Source of the DNA: a virus
Strand: one strand, 5' to 3'
IMG/VR virus record: IMGVR_UViG_3300013102_000002
Span: 64,001-128,000 of that record
DNA: 64,000 nucleotides
In this document: piece after piece, positions 31,885 through 40,973 of the stretch
How positions within the stretch are numbered: the first letter of the stretch is position 1
Layout: each line of letters begins with the position of its first letter
The notes under the pieces: model-generated
Database searches by the model: none
Seen by the model: only the letters and a program-made list of their open reading frames with translations
What the model was told of the DNA's origin: nothing
Position numbers and translations under genes: made by a program

Positions 31885-32577
31885 ATGACACAAACAATTG
31901 TAGACTTTATGTATAATATGGATATTAACGATAATGGCAATATTCAAGCAGTCGTACAGATTAACTCAGAAACGGGGAGGTTTGAAATAACGGAGAAAGA
32001 CTTAAAGAGAATGCTCAATGTAATTAAAGTGGATCTTTACACAATTGAGCAAATGAGAGATTACGCAGAACAGAGAGAACGTCCAATGTTAGAGTGTTTG
32101 ACTGCTGCTCGGGGACGTATAGATCAATTAGAAGCGGCTTGTATGGATATGAGCGAACAAAAAGAAAGAGCAGATAGAGCCGTAAAAGATAATGATAATC
32201 TAAGCAATGAAAATTCCAGATTGAAAACAAGTCTATTATCAAAACAAACATTACTTAGAGATACGGATGCATCTAGAGAGGAGTGGAAGGAAAAGTTTTG
32301 GAGTGTTTGCCATATTGCAAATGATGCTCGTGAAAAACTGGAAGACTGTAAAGACCAATTGTCCATTAGTGCAGAAAGAGAAAAGCATCACTTAGAACTA
32401 GCAACCGAAGAAGCGGATAAGGTAAAGCGGTTGAGAGAGGAATCAACCGAGGCAGTAGAAAGCCTATATCAAATCATTCAGCGTGGCGATTTAACAAGTT
32501 TGGATTTAGAACAGGCGGAGGAAGTATTCAATAGATTCTCAAAGTCACTTAAGGAGGTTACGAATGGTGAAATTTAA
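31885..32577 (+). CDS. Coiled-coil protein
   Basis: Heptad-rich; GAGGAGG RBS. Confidence 0.7.
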   Translation: MTQTIVDFMYNMDINDNGNIQAVVQINSETGRFEITEKDLKRMLNVIKVDLYTIEQMRDYAEQRERPMLECLTAARGRIDQLEAACMDMSEQKERADRAVKDNDNLSNENSRLKTSLLSKQTLLRDTDASREEWKEKFWSVCHIANDAREKLEDCKDQLSISAEREKHHLELATEEADKVKRLREESTEAVESLYQIIQRGDLTSLDLEQAEEVFNRFSKSLKEVTNGEI

Positions 32578-32716
32578 CTTTACCAAGCAGCAAGTAATTG
32601 TCCCGATACCATTGTTTTTGGATGAGCAAGGTATAAATAAAAACGCCAAATTGGTGAGTGTGGTAATCGAAGGGGATAAGGTCGTCATTACCTACAAAGA
32701 CGGTAATAACCAATGA
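32564..32716 (+). CDS. 50-aa AbrB/MazE-like protein (copy 1)
   Basis: AAGGAGG RBS; MVKFNFTKQQVIVPIPLFLDEQGINKNAKLVSVVIEGDKVVITYKDGNNQ; paralog at 60007. Confidence 0.65.
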   Translation: MVKFNFTKQQVIVPIPLFLDEQGINKNAKLVSVVIEGDKVVITYKDGNNQ

Positions 32717-33030
32717 TATACAACGAAATCGTTAAGCAAAAATATCTTCAAACTATGAAGAATCGGCAAGTATCTGAGATATTTAGTTTATTTCATGAAA
32801 TCGGCTCAGCTGAACAAATGCACAAGAAAGATATTTATGATTTCTCTAAGGATGAACTTAATCAAGTTCTGTTTATATTAAAGCCGTCAACTTTTAAACA
32901 ATCAGTACAAAACAAAAAAATAGTTGAACAATACATTGATTGGGCGATTACACAAGCACATTCTGATATTAATTTTAATCCTCTTTCTTTATGGGGAAAT
33001 GATTGGTGTGAACAGCACATTGTTAAATGA
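32713..33030 (+). CDS. Stand-alone N-terminal domain of a YopR/MrpR-type repressor
   Basis: Aligns to the N-terminal ~110 aa of 38473..39468 (NExxKxxYL, KDxYxF, YIxWAIxQ, NPL). Confidence 0.75.
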   Translation: MIYNEIVKQKYLQTMKNRQVSEIFSLFHEIGSAEQMHKKDIYDFSKDELNQVLFILKPSTFKQSVQNKKIVEQYIDWAITQAHSDINFNPLSLWGNDWCEQHIVK

Positions 33031-33136
33031 ATTACATAAGTGTTATATTGACTAAGCCGACTTTAATTAAGGTTGGTTTTTTCTATATATTTTATGTTAC
33101 ATTTAATTAATCAAATATTATTATCCAAGTATAGGA

Positions 33137-33517
33137 GTGATTTTGATGCACCAAGTGTTCTCGGGTAATTTCATTATTCATAAGGGGCCGAATGGATACA
33201 AATCGCGCGAATTATCATCCTACATGACGCAACTATCAAAAGAAATTTTGGCCTATCTTCATTTTCTATTTATAACGGAAGAATCGATAAATTCTATGCT
33301 TGAGGACTATGAACTTAATCGAATTATGGATTCAGTAGTGAGTAAGAAGATTCCCAGAGAATTATTTGAAAACAGTCTCATGTCTGAAATGGATGGGTTC
33401 CCAGAATTTTATTCAGAAGAATTAATGAATAATTCATCAAACCCAAATGGGGAAATTTTAACAGTAGATATTATGAAAAAGATAGTAATAAGCTTGATTG
33501 AGAAGAAGGCCACATGA
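33137..33517 (+). CDS. Hypothetical protein
   Basis: AGGAG RBS; stop inside palindrome 33514. Confidence 0.65.
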   Translation: MILMHQVFSGNFIIHKGPNGYKSRELSSYMTQLSKEILAYLHFLFITEESINSMLEDYELNRIMDSVVSKKIPRELFENSLMSEMDGFPEFYSEELMNNSSNPNGEILTVDIMKKIVISLIEKKAT

Positions 33518-33821
33518 AATACGAATTTTATCTAAAATTGCGATGAAAAAACCCTTGATTTATAAGGGTTTTTTGTTTTGTCTTTTTATGAAAATTTTGA
33601 ATTTTGGAATTTTTTCTGTTTAAGAGTGAAAATATAAGGTTAATACAAAATAAGAGAGACATTAGTCACGTATATACATATTCCCAGCAGTAATGCAGTA
33701 CTTTTCAATTTTCAGAGAATGTCAACACCAAAACACACTATTATCCTAATTTATGTAAGGAAATTTTGTGCAACAACATTTGTATTGACAAAAACAAAAA
33801 CATTTGAATTTATTGACGTTT

Positions 33822-33835
33822 AGAACAAATGTTCG
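33822..33835. promoter_or_regulatory. LexA/SOS (Cheo) box upstream of mazF
   Basis: AGAAC-AAAT-GTTCG matches the Firmicute consensus CGAAC-N4-GTTCG. Confidence 0.7.
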
Positions 33836-33944
33836 CTTGTGAAAATAACTATCACTAGGTATAATAAATATATAAATAGTTAATAATAAAAGTACATAGT
33901 GATAGAAAAAATAGAGTGAAGCAAGAACAATAATAATCGGGAGT

Positions 33945-34349
33945 GTGGTACATATGAGCATGGTCATGGAACGAGTGGAAATGAATAAAAATACTAAAAT
34001 CGATGTAAGGAAATATGAAGTGTGGATGGCTGATTTAAACTCAGACGGTTCTGTACAAGGAGGAAGAAGACCAGTTGTTATTGTATCCAACAATCTTCAC
34101 AATAAATTTTCTCCGACTGCCATTATTGTACCGACAACAGGAAGCAAAACAAAACGTCCGCTTCCTACTCATGTCGATCTAATTGCTTCTGAGACAGGAT
34201 TTATTAAAAACAGTGTTATGCTGTGTGAGCAAATCACTTCTATTGACAAAGAACGACTGAAGTGGAAAATAACCGACCTCCCTCTAAATTATCATGGGAT
34301 AATTAGTAAAGCCGTAGGAGTAGCGACTTCCGATGTACAAGTTTACTAA
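33945..34349 (+). CDS. mazF: MazF/PemK-family endoribonuclease toxin (start uncertain)
   Basis: EVWMADL..GSVQGGRRPVVIVSNN..NKFSPTAIIVP..LPTHV..SVMLCEQITSIDKERL. Confidence 0.92.
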   Translation: MVHMSMVMERVEMNKNTKIDVRKYEVWMADLNSDGSVQGGRRPVVIVSNNLHNKFSPTAIIVPTTGSKTKRPLPTHVDLIASETGFIKNSVMLCEQITSIDKERLKWKITDLPLNYHGIISKAVGVATSDVQVY

Positions 34350-34372
34350 ATAAATATAAAAAGAAGAGGTTT

Positions 34373-34603
34373 TTATACCTCTTCTTTTTTAGAATCATCT
34401 TTGTGATATTTAAACAAATCAATAATATCAATATCTAACTCATCACATATTGAGACAATATTCTTTAGAGGAATTTGTTTGGCTGTATTATTGCACATTT
34501 CATTGATAGTTGAATGCCTTATGTTGGTACGTCTAGAAAGTTCTCTTTTAGTAATCCCCTTGCTATCTAGTATGTATTGTAATCTTATCTCAACCCATGA
34601 CAT
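34373..34603 (-). CDS. XRE/Cro-C1 HTH regulator (YozG-like)
   Basis: LQYILDSKGITKRELSRRTNIRHSTINEMCNN..ICDELDIDIIDLF; GGGGG RBS. Confidence 0.85.
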   Translation of the reverse strand: MSWVEIRLQYILDSKGITKRELSRRTNIRHSTINEMCNNTAKQIPLKNIVSICDELDIDIIDLFKYHKDDSKKEEV

Positions 34604-34631
34604 GATGTATCCCCCTGAGAATAATTAAGTA

Positions 34632-34684
34632 TTGACTTATAAAAGGTAATCTAGTATATTAAGGGTGGAACGATAATCGTTCCA
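34632..34684 (+). promoter_or_regulatory. sigmaA promoter with perfect palindromic operator
   Basis: TTGACT(34632)-17-TATATT(34655); TGGAACGAT-A-ATCGTTCCA at 34666-34684, between the divergent HTH gene and 34711. Confidence 0.7.
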
Positions 34685-34710
34685 AAATTTAAGCATAGAA
34701 AAATCTCCCC

Positions 34711-35001
34711 ATGAATATGGAGAGATACTTATTAAGCAATCATAACAGAGTTAGAAATGAAATCATAGGCAAAATATTACATCGAGGTGCAGTCAGAATT
34801 ATGCCTAAAACGGGAAGATATTGTTTACAACGTCTGGTTTATTTTGATCCAGAAAGCAGACTTGAAACCTGGAAAATAACAAATTTAAAAAGTGATAGTG
34901 TCCATGCTTTTAGCAATTTTAATACTGAATTATACAGAATATTTGATACATTAGAAAACAAAGTTATTCCATTTATAGAAATTAAAAACATCATAGAGTA
35001 A
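34711..35001 (+). CDS. Hypothetical protein
   Basis: ORF downstream of promoter; weak RBS. Confidence 0.45.
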   Translation: MNMERYLLSNHNRVRNEIIGKILHRGAVRIMPKTGRYCLQRLVYFDPESRLETWKITNLKSDSVHAFSNFNTELYRIFDTLENKVIPFIEIKNIIE

Positions 35002-35075
35002 TATATTATATTTTTTATAATGAATAAAAATATGACAAATAATAATTAAATGATGTATAGAAGGGTGGAACTTAA

Positions 35076-35375
35076 ATGAATATTACATACAAGCATCTTC
35101 CCAAACATAAAAAGTTCTTAGTTCAAATGAGCGGCAGAGCTAATAGATATTGTTACGAGGTGAGGTATGAAATAGAAGTTGATCGAGGAGAAAGAATTGT
35201 TGAGGGAATCAATATTCTAAAAAAAGATATGTTGAACAGCGAAGAACTAACAAAAGAAACTTTAGCAATATTCAATACAAATTTTAAACGTGATTATTAT
35301 AGGATATTTAGGCTATTGTCGGTTGAACTTATAAATGCTTACTATATCAAACCAGACTTTCTGAAGGGGATATGA
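35076..35375 (+). CDS. Hypothetical protein
   Basis: RBS GGGTGG. Confidence 0.65.
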   Translation: MNITYKHLPKHKKFLVQMSGRANRYCYEVRYEIEVDRGERIVEGINILKKDMLNSEELTKETLAIFNTNFKRDYYRIFRLLSVELINAYYIKPDFLKGI

Positions 35376-35379
35376 CTAG

Positions 35380-35643
35380 ATGGATGATCAAGTTGAATTG
35401 ACTGTCAAATTGGTGCAGGTGGATCGTGGAAACGATTTTTATGATAGATACTTGAGACCAAAAGATGTTAGTACATACACCTTTGAAAGCAATAGGGAGC
35501 GGTATGTATGGCAGATCAATAATCCCTATGAAGAGGGCTTGATCGAGGGAGATTATTATAAGATATGTGCAACCAAAGGGAAAAGATTGTTTGGTGGAAG
35601 AGGAGTTGCACTAATTGATGTAGTGATAACATCCTATATCTAA
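35380..35643 (+). CDS. Hypothetical protein
   Basis: AAGGGG RBS, coupled to the upstream ORF. Confidence 0.65.
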   Translation: MDDQVELTVKLVQVDRGNDFYDRYLRPKDVSTYTFESNRERYVWQINNPYEEGLIEGDYYKICATKGKRLFGGRGVALIDVVITSYI

Positions 35644-35791
35644 CCAAGAAAAAACTAAATAGTGTACCATAAAAAGTTCTATACATATGCAAATAAATGA
35701 CTTTAAAGTTGTTTATTTGTGTATAATAGGACTTTTTATTGTTATTTATTAAAATAGTATTGCAATTTTTAATCACAATGGTAAATTAGGT

Positions 35792-36283
35792 TTGGGGGTG
35801 ATATGTCTGGGGTATATTAGTGAAGATAAGAATTCTTTAAGCATTATGACATACACTTTAAACAGTGGAATAAAATCGACAGTGCCTTTGTCTGCCATAC
35901 AGATTGAAGAATGGAAAGAATGCTACCAAAATGATAAGAAGTTTATAGTAAATGTAGGAACAGAAACGTTTGGCTTGAATCCGTCCTTAGTAGCGGATTG
36001 GAGAGTACATAATAAATATTCGGAACACAGAAAACAAATTGAATGTACTATTAAAGACGTAACCCCCAATATTGAATTAAAGAATGCCTACGAAAGAGCT
36101 AAAGTTTTGATAAAAGTTGATTGCAAATGTGGAACAACTTATACTACGGAATCAACAAAAAGAAAAGTTTGGTCCTGTAGCAAATGTAAGCAAGAAGTAT
36201 ATATTATTGATGATAGTCTACATGATACAAATAAAGGAAAAGCATACGTAATGTCGAATAAGGTAAATATGTTTAAAAATTAA
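35792..36283 (+). CDS. Zn-ribbon protein
   Basis: CKCG..CSKC near the C-terminus. Confidence 0.65.
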   Translation: MGVICLGYISEDKNSLSIMTYTLNSGIKSTVPLSAIQIEEWKECYQNDKKFIVNVGTETFGLNPSLVADWRVHNKYSEHRKQIECTIKDVTPNIELKNAYERAKVLIKVDCKCGTTYTTESTKRKVWSCSKCKQEVYIIDDSLHDTNKGKAYVMSNKVNMFKN

Positions 36284-36284
36284 A

Positions 36285-37076
36285 GTGGAAAGGAAACTTA
36301 ATTTGATCAATAAAAAATTAGAAAGCAAACTTAAGGAACTTGAAAGAAGTCATGGCTATTTGAATGTTGAACTATATGATAAATACAGAGGCAAAGAATA
36401 TCCTTCAAGCGAAACCATAAAGAAAAGCTATAATCAATCTTTGGTTGAAATATTAAAAAACCTAAAAATTAAAAATAAAGAAGATTATACCATAGAAAAA
36501 AACAGACCAGTCGCCATAAGCAATATGAAGTTATTGTTCTTAGAACATGGAGAAATATCTAAGTCGTTGTATGATAGAGCTAAATTATTGCCCAGCAGTG
36601 AGTACATTACAAAAAAATATGGATGGGAAGAATTAGCTAAAGAAGCAAATGTCAAATTGGCTAATTCTCAGTACACATCGAGTGGAGCAGTTCTAAGTGA
36701 GTTGAGGTTTAGAATAAAGGAACTAGGTTACATACCAACAAGTAAAGAGTATGAACAATTAAAGCTAAAACCCTCTTTAGAAGTTTTGCGAAAGTATAGA
36801 TTTACATTTGTAAGTGCTATGCGTAAATGTGGATTTAAAACATATAATAAACCAGTTACAGTTAAAGATAAGATTTGCAACAGTAAGAATTGCTTCAGGC
36901 AGTTTACTCCTGTAGATGATGAAATATATTGCGATGAATGTTATAAGGACTTAAGATCCAGACTTATTAAAGAGATAGGTAATATGAATCAACAAAGACT
37001 TAGAGATGTCTGCCAAAAGCTAATATATACAGGAAACAAACAAAAGACAATATTAGACATATTTAACAATATGTAA
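36285..37076 (+). CDS. Protein with homing-endonuclease-associated repeats and C-terminal Zn finger
   Basis: Three repeats like LGYIPTSKEYEQLKLKPSLEVLRKYRFTFVSAMRKCG; CNSKNC..CDEC. Confidence 0.6.
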   Translation: MERKLNLINKKLESKLKELERSHGYLNVELYDKYRGKEYPSSETIKKSYNQSLVEILKNLKIKNKEDYTIEKNRPVAISNMKLLFLEHGEISKSLYDRAKLLPSSEYITKKYGWEELAKEANVKLANSQYTSSGAVLSELRFRIKELGYIPTSKEYEQLKLKPSLEVLRKYRFTFVSAMRKCGFKTYNKPVTVKDKICNSKNCFRQFTPVDDEIYCDECYKDLRSRLIKEIGNMNQQRLRDVCQKLIYTGNKQKTILDIFNNM

Positions 37077-37151
37077 AATTAGCGAAATAATTAATGAGAA
37101 TTTATTATATTTATATTTTATGATATAATTTAAATAAGGAGATGAACTCAA

Positions 37152-38483
37152 TTGAAAAAAGACAGAGATCAGCTTGAAACATTAATTGCGGAGACAATTG
37201 CAGAAGTTAAAGTTGATCGGAAAAAAGTGTTGAAAGTTAATAATTTCCTCTCTGAATCAGGAGTATCATTAGGAACATTTGATGAGATATCAAAGGGAGA
37301 TAAGCAATTATCAACATTAGAATCATCAATGTTATGTGTTTTATCCGATGCTCTGTATGAACTAACTGCTAACGGGAATCTCAAACCTGACCAATGGTTT
37401 ACCACTAAAGAAATAAGTTATGCAAAAAAGGAATTAATGAACAATACAGAAACCAATAGAATAATGTTGCCTATAGCTCTTGAAAATGTTGAGATGGTAA
37501 GTATAGACAATTATATCACTAAAATTAAGATGTCCGATTTAGTTCAATGGTTTCACTCGCAGTTAATCATTTATGATTTTGATACTCAAAGAAGTGCAAA
37601 GTTTAAAACTGGTAAGAATGGAGTTGTACCTGTACCAGATATTAATTTAAAAAGCGTTGTAGATATTGCAGATAATATGTTAAATGGTACATACCTAGAG
37701 GATATGATTACTCTAAATATTTACTCAGACGAAACTGAGGCAGTTGATTATAACTCTAAATCTCGGCTGTTGACGGTTAATGAACAAGCGGTAATATCTA
37801 TCCTTGATGGGTTTCATCGTCTACAGGGAGGTGTGAGGGCCTGTGCAACCAACCCCGAGTTAGAGCAGATGATGATTCTTTCAATTAGATCATATGATAC
37901 AGATACGGCCAAGAAGTATTTTGGACAAATCAATACCATAAACGTAGTGAAAAAAGAAAGATTGAAGGAACTGAAGTCTCAAAAATTCTCAGATTTAGTC
38001 GTTAAAGATCTTCAACAAAAAACTGATCTTAAGGGCAAGATTGCATCAGCATCAAGAATAAGCGAATTGGCTGGACAATTGACCACCTTTGACATACTTT
38101 CACATGCTATTGACAATGTTTATAAACCTAAAAGCAGACTTGATGCAATGGAGATATCAGAAAAACTCACGAAATTTTTTAATTGGTTGGCAGGTAGTTT
38201 TGTTGATGAGTTTATAACAAATCCTAACAATTATAGGGATGAGAATATTAATCATTCTCTTATATTTTTAGGATATGTCGTAATTGCTAAATACTTTGAA
38301 GACAACCAAATTCCATACAAGGACATAAAGAGTTTTATCGAAAATAAAATAGATTTTAAAGACAAGAAGTTAATTGAGCTTTTAAATAATAAGCGTGGAA
38401 TCAACAATGCAAAAGTAAGAAATGATGTAATTAAATATTTTGAGCGGCTGATAGGAATAGGAGTGGATCAAGATGTCCAATAA
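37152..38483 (+). CDS. yopQ: SPbeta YopQ-like protein (DndB/ParB-fold)
   Basis: YDFDTQR, PVPDINLKSVVDI, ISILDGFHRL; directly upstream of the yopR-like gene as in SPbeta. Confidence 0.75.
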   Translation: MKKDRDQLETLIAETIAEVKVDRKKVLKVNNFLSESGVSLGTFDEISKGDKQLSTLESSMLCVLSDALYELTANGNLKPDQWFTTKEISYAKKELMNNTETNRIMLPIALENVEMVSIDNYITKIKMSDLVQWFHSQLIIYDFDTQRSAKFKTGKNGVVPVPDINLKSVVDIADNMLNGTYLEDMITLNIYSDETEAVDYNSKSRLLTVNEQAVISILDGFHRLQGGVRACATNPELEQMMILSIRSYDTDTAKKYFGQINTINVVKKERLKELKSQKFSDLVVKDLQQKTDLKGKIASASRISELAGQLTTFDILSHAIDNVYKPKSRLDAMEISEKLTKFFNWLAGSFVDEFITNPNNYRDENINHSLIFLGYVVIAKYFEDNQIPYKDIKSFIENKIDFKDKKLIELLNNKRGINNAKVRNDVIKYFERLIGIGVDQDVQ

Positions 38484-39468
38484 AATATATGAAGATGGAT
38501 TTTTTAATGAATCCCATAAAGAAATGTATCTTAAAGATCTAAGTGAAAAAACTTACGTGTCCTATGCAAGAGTCCTAAAAAGAGCACGATATGTAGAAGA
38601 ACAATTAGGTAAAGACCTATATAACTTTAATGTGTCTGAGATAGAACAACTACTTACATTTATGTCGCCTGGGTCTTATTCAGTAAGCGGTGGAAACATA
38701 AACGTAATTAGAACTTATATAAGATGGGCAATTCAACAAGACTTAAGAGTTGATAACATCAATCCGTTAGACTCCGTTATCAGTGATGAATTTATAAACA
38801 AGTTTATTGACACAACAAACAAGAAACTATTTACCGAAGAAGAAATTAATACAATCGTTGGTGGACTACAAAGCTTCCAGGATGCAGCAATAATACAATG
38901 TCTGTTTGAGGGAATAATGGGACATGAGTACTCTGAGATTTTAAACATACTCAAAGGCGATGTAGATAGGGATAGTACTAAACTAGAGGTAAGAAATTCT
39001 CCAGCATCAGGACCAATGGAAAGAAGAGTAGCCGAAGTGAGTCCTAAATTAATGAACTTACTGTACAGTGCAGCAAACGAGACAGAATACTTAAAGTTTA
39101 ATGGGATGAGTAATTCTAAAGCTCAGAGAATCGAATTAATCGAGAATGAGTATGTATTTAGATCGGTTAAACTCAGAGTGGTTAATTATGAAAGAGCAAG
39201 TAATCATTTAGTGTTAAGAAGAATAAAGAGTATTAGGGAATGGTATGGATATCCTCATCTAACTGCAACAGGAATAAAAAACTCAGGTATGCTTAAGATG
39301 GCTAGAGATCTTTATGTAGTAAATAAGACTTTAACCCGAGAAGATATAAATAAGATTTGTAAACGATTTGGAGCGAACGCAATTGCTACAACAAGGCTCA
39401 CAAAAGACTTTTTAAATGTAGATACAATCAGGTCGCTTTATCCAGAAGTAGATGAAGAACAAGCCTAA
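38473..39468 (+). CDS. yopR: YopR/MrpR-like master repressor (tyrosine-recombinase fold, catalytic residues degenerate)
   Basis: FFNESHKEMYL, KDLYNF, YIRWAI, QDAAIIQCLFEGIMG..SEILNI, LTATGIKNSGM; R, HxxR and catalytic Y not evident. Confidence 0.8.
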   Translation: MSNKIYEDGFFNESHKEMYLKDLSEKTYVSYARVLKRARYVEEQLGKDLYNFNVSEIEQLLTFMSPGSYSVSGGNINVIRTYIRWAIQQDLRVDNINPLDSVISDEFINKFIDTTNKKLFTEEEINTIVGGLQSFQDAAIIQCLFEGIMGHEYSEILNILKGDVDRDSTKLEVRNSPASGPMERRVAEVSPKLMNLLYSAANETEYLKFNGMSNSKAQRIELIENEYVFRSVKLRVVNYERASNHLVLRRIKSIREWYGYPHLTATGIKNSGMLKMARDLYVVNKTLTREDINKICKRFGANAIATTRLTKDFLNVDTIRSLYPEVDEEQA

Positions 39469-39487
39469 AACTTGTTCTTCTTTTTTT
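39453..39487 (+). terminator. Rho-independent terminator after the yopR-like gene
   Basis: GAAGAACAAG-CCTAAAA-CTTGTTCTTC followed by T7. Confidence 0.8.
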
Positions 39488-39498
39488 GTTTAAAAGTG

Positions 39499-39561
39499 TT
39501 GACTTTGGCTTTTACGCATGATATATTGAGTACATAAGAAATACATATATTTATTAATTAA
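39499..39561 (+). promoter_or_regulatory. Promoter of the agr-like operon with an inverted copy of the phage promoter motif
   Basis: TTGACT(39499)-17-TATATT(39522) with TG; ATATATTTATTAATTAA at 39545-39561 is the reverse complement of the motif at 22689. Confidence 0.7.
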
Positions 39562-39591
39562 AACAACATCATAAAAGGAGACAAGAGAAAG

Positions 39592-40248
39592 ATGCTAGAT
39601 GCGATTATTTATGTAGGGTTTGCAGCAATTGAAGTTTACTCAATTATGTTTTTGATAATGTCAATTGCAAGGATGAATATTTTTGAATACATAAAGGAGT
39701 CTACGGTAGGAGTAGTGATTGTTTCGATCTGCACTTACTTATTTAAAGAATCTACGATATTGAGTCAGATATCTCCTATGATATGTCTCCTGCTGTTTTT
39801 ATCAATTTTAATCTTTATCTTTAGGGTTTCAACAATCCACTCAATAATCATTGTGTTGATCGGATACATAACATGCCTTATTATACAGGGAGTATTTATC
39901 TTTATTCCAACAATTTTTTCAAACTTAACCTTTGACGAAATAAAAGCCAACGATACTCTGAGATACTCCTTTCAAACAATTAATGCAATAATCATCTTCT
40001 CCCTGGGGCATTTTCTTAGAAAGAAAAACATTGGATTTTTATTTGTTCCTTATGCACCATCATTTAAGTTTAAAATCACAAAAACAAATTTGAATATCGT
40101 CTATCTATTGATACTTGCAGTACTCGCATTAAGTTCAATTCTAGAGATCGGTAAGATGTACATTGGAATCTTTATGCTAATCATTCTGTTTAATTTCGCG
40201 CTATTTATGGGACTGAGAAGAGAAAGAGGGTCGGTTAAGTTTGATTGA
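39592..40248 (+). CDS. Polytopic membrane protein resembling the AgrC sensor domain, without histidine kinase domain
   Basis: 6-7 TM segments, 218 aa, no H-box or HATPase; translationally coupled to agrB. Confidence 0.7.
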   Translation: MLDAIIYVGFAAIEVYSIMFLIMSIARMNIFEYIKESTVGVVIVSICTYLFKESTILSQISPMICLLLFLSILIFIFRVSTIHSIIIVLIGYITCLIIQGVFIFIPTIFSNLTFDEIKANDTLRYSFQTINAIIIFSLGHFLRKKNIGFLFVPYAPSFKFKITKTNLNIVYLLILAVLALSSILEIGKMYIGIFMLIILFNFALFMGLRRERGSVKFD

Positions 40249-40777
40249 TAAAATATGCGGATTGGCTACAAACTATTTTCATAAATATGATGGAATGCCC
40301 GAAAAAGACGTAATAGAATATTCGCTTAAATTCATCTTAACAAATATAATTACATTTCTATTAATTATAGCATTGGGACTGACAACTGGGAATATCATCA
40401 ATGTTCTTATTGCTGCATTATCTTTTTCTTTACTAAGAGTTTTCTCTGGGGGGATACACATCAAAAACCCCGATTTATGTATATTAACATCTTTGACTGT
40501 GGTTTATGCATTAGCAAATCTACCAAGTTATATTAGTCCTGAATATGTAAAAGTTTTTATGGTCATTACTTTTCTATTAGTAATTATATATGCTCCTTCA
40601 AAAATAGAAGATCACTCTATATTAAGAAAAGAAAAGCACTATATATTTAAAATAATTTCCATAATTATAGTGTTTGCTGGAATCATTGGCAAGAATGAAA
40701 TTATACAGTTTTCTTTTTTTGTGCAAAGTCTAACCCTCATCAATATTCGCATGAAGGGGGGTGAAATTAATGAATAA
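40241..40777 (+). CDS. agrB: AgrB-family peptide maturation protease
   Basis: IEYSL, LLRVFSGGIH..DLC (catalytic His/Cys), IYAPS; membrane protein. Confidence 0.92.
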   Translation: MIDKICGLATNYFHKYDGMPEKDVIEYSLKFILTNIITFLLIIALGLTTGNIINVLIAALSFSLLRVFSGGIHIKNPDLCILTSLTVVYALANLPSYISPEYVKVFMVITFLLVIIYAPSKIEDHSILRKEKHYIFKIISIIIVFAGIIGKNEIIQFSFFVQSLTLINIRMKGGEINE

Positions 40778-40904
40778 ATTCATGAAGAAAATTGCGCCAG
40801 TAATGGGCACACTGTTTTCAGCAGTTGCAGTTCTAAGCACAGCTTCGACCGCATCTGCTTTGTGGCTCGGTAGTAATCCGGCTCCAAAGAGTTTGAGAAA
40901 GTAA
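40770..40904 (+). CDS. agrD: AgrD-like cyclic lactone autoinducer precursor (44 aa)
   Basis: GGGGGTGA RBS; MNKFMKKIAPVMGTLFSAVAVLSTASTA-SALWL-GSNPAPKSLRK: amphipathic leader, TAS core, PxP..L tail; below the ORF-track cutoff. Confidence 0.88.
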   Translation: MNKFMKKIAPVMGTLFSAVAVLSTASTASALWLGSNPAPKSLRK

Positions 40905-40973
40905 AATTTAGGCGAATCGTCTCCTCCCATTTATATAGTGGGAGGATATGCCGCCAAATTGGAGGCTATTATT

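Noticed and set aside
33546-33572. AAAAACCCTT-N7-AAGGGTTTTT as a prophage att site
   Set aside because: It is equally explained as a bidirectional terminator; no exact partner repeat or host-gene boundary is visible
34666-34684. LexA box
   Set aside because: The GAAC and GTTC halves are separated by 7 nt, not 4
38473-39468. Active phage integrase
   Set aside because: The fold is recombinase-like, but the catalytic Arg, HxxR and Tyr are not evident; motifs and synteny fit the YopR/MrpR repressor
39592-40248. Frameshifted full-length AgrC kinase
   Set aside because: The stop overlaps the agrB start, leaving no room, and no HisKA/HATPase motifs appear in any listed frame nearby
40938-40973. 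GTG start of the LytTR gene as given in the ORF track
   Set aside because: It lies within a hairpin with no RBS; GGAGG is correctly spaced for TTG 40974
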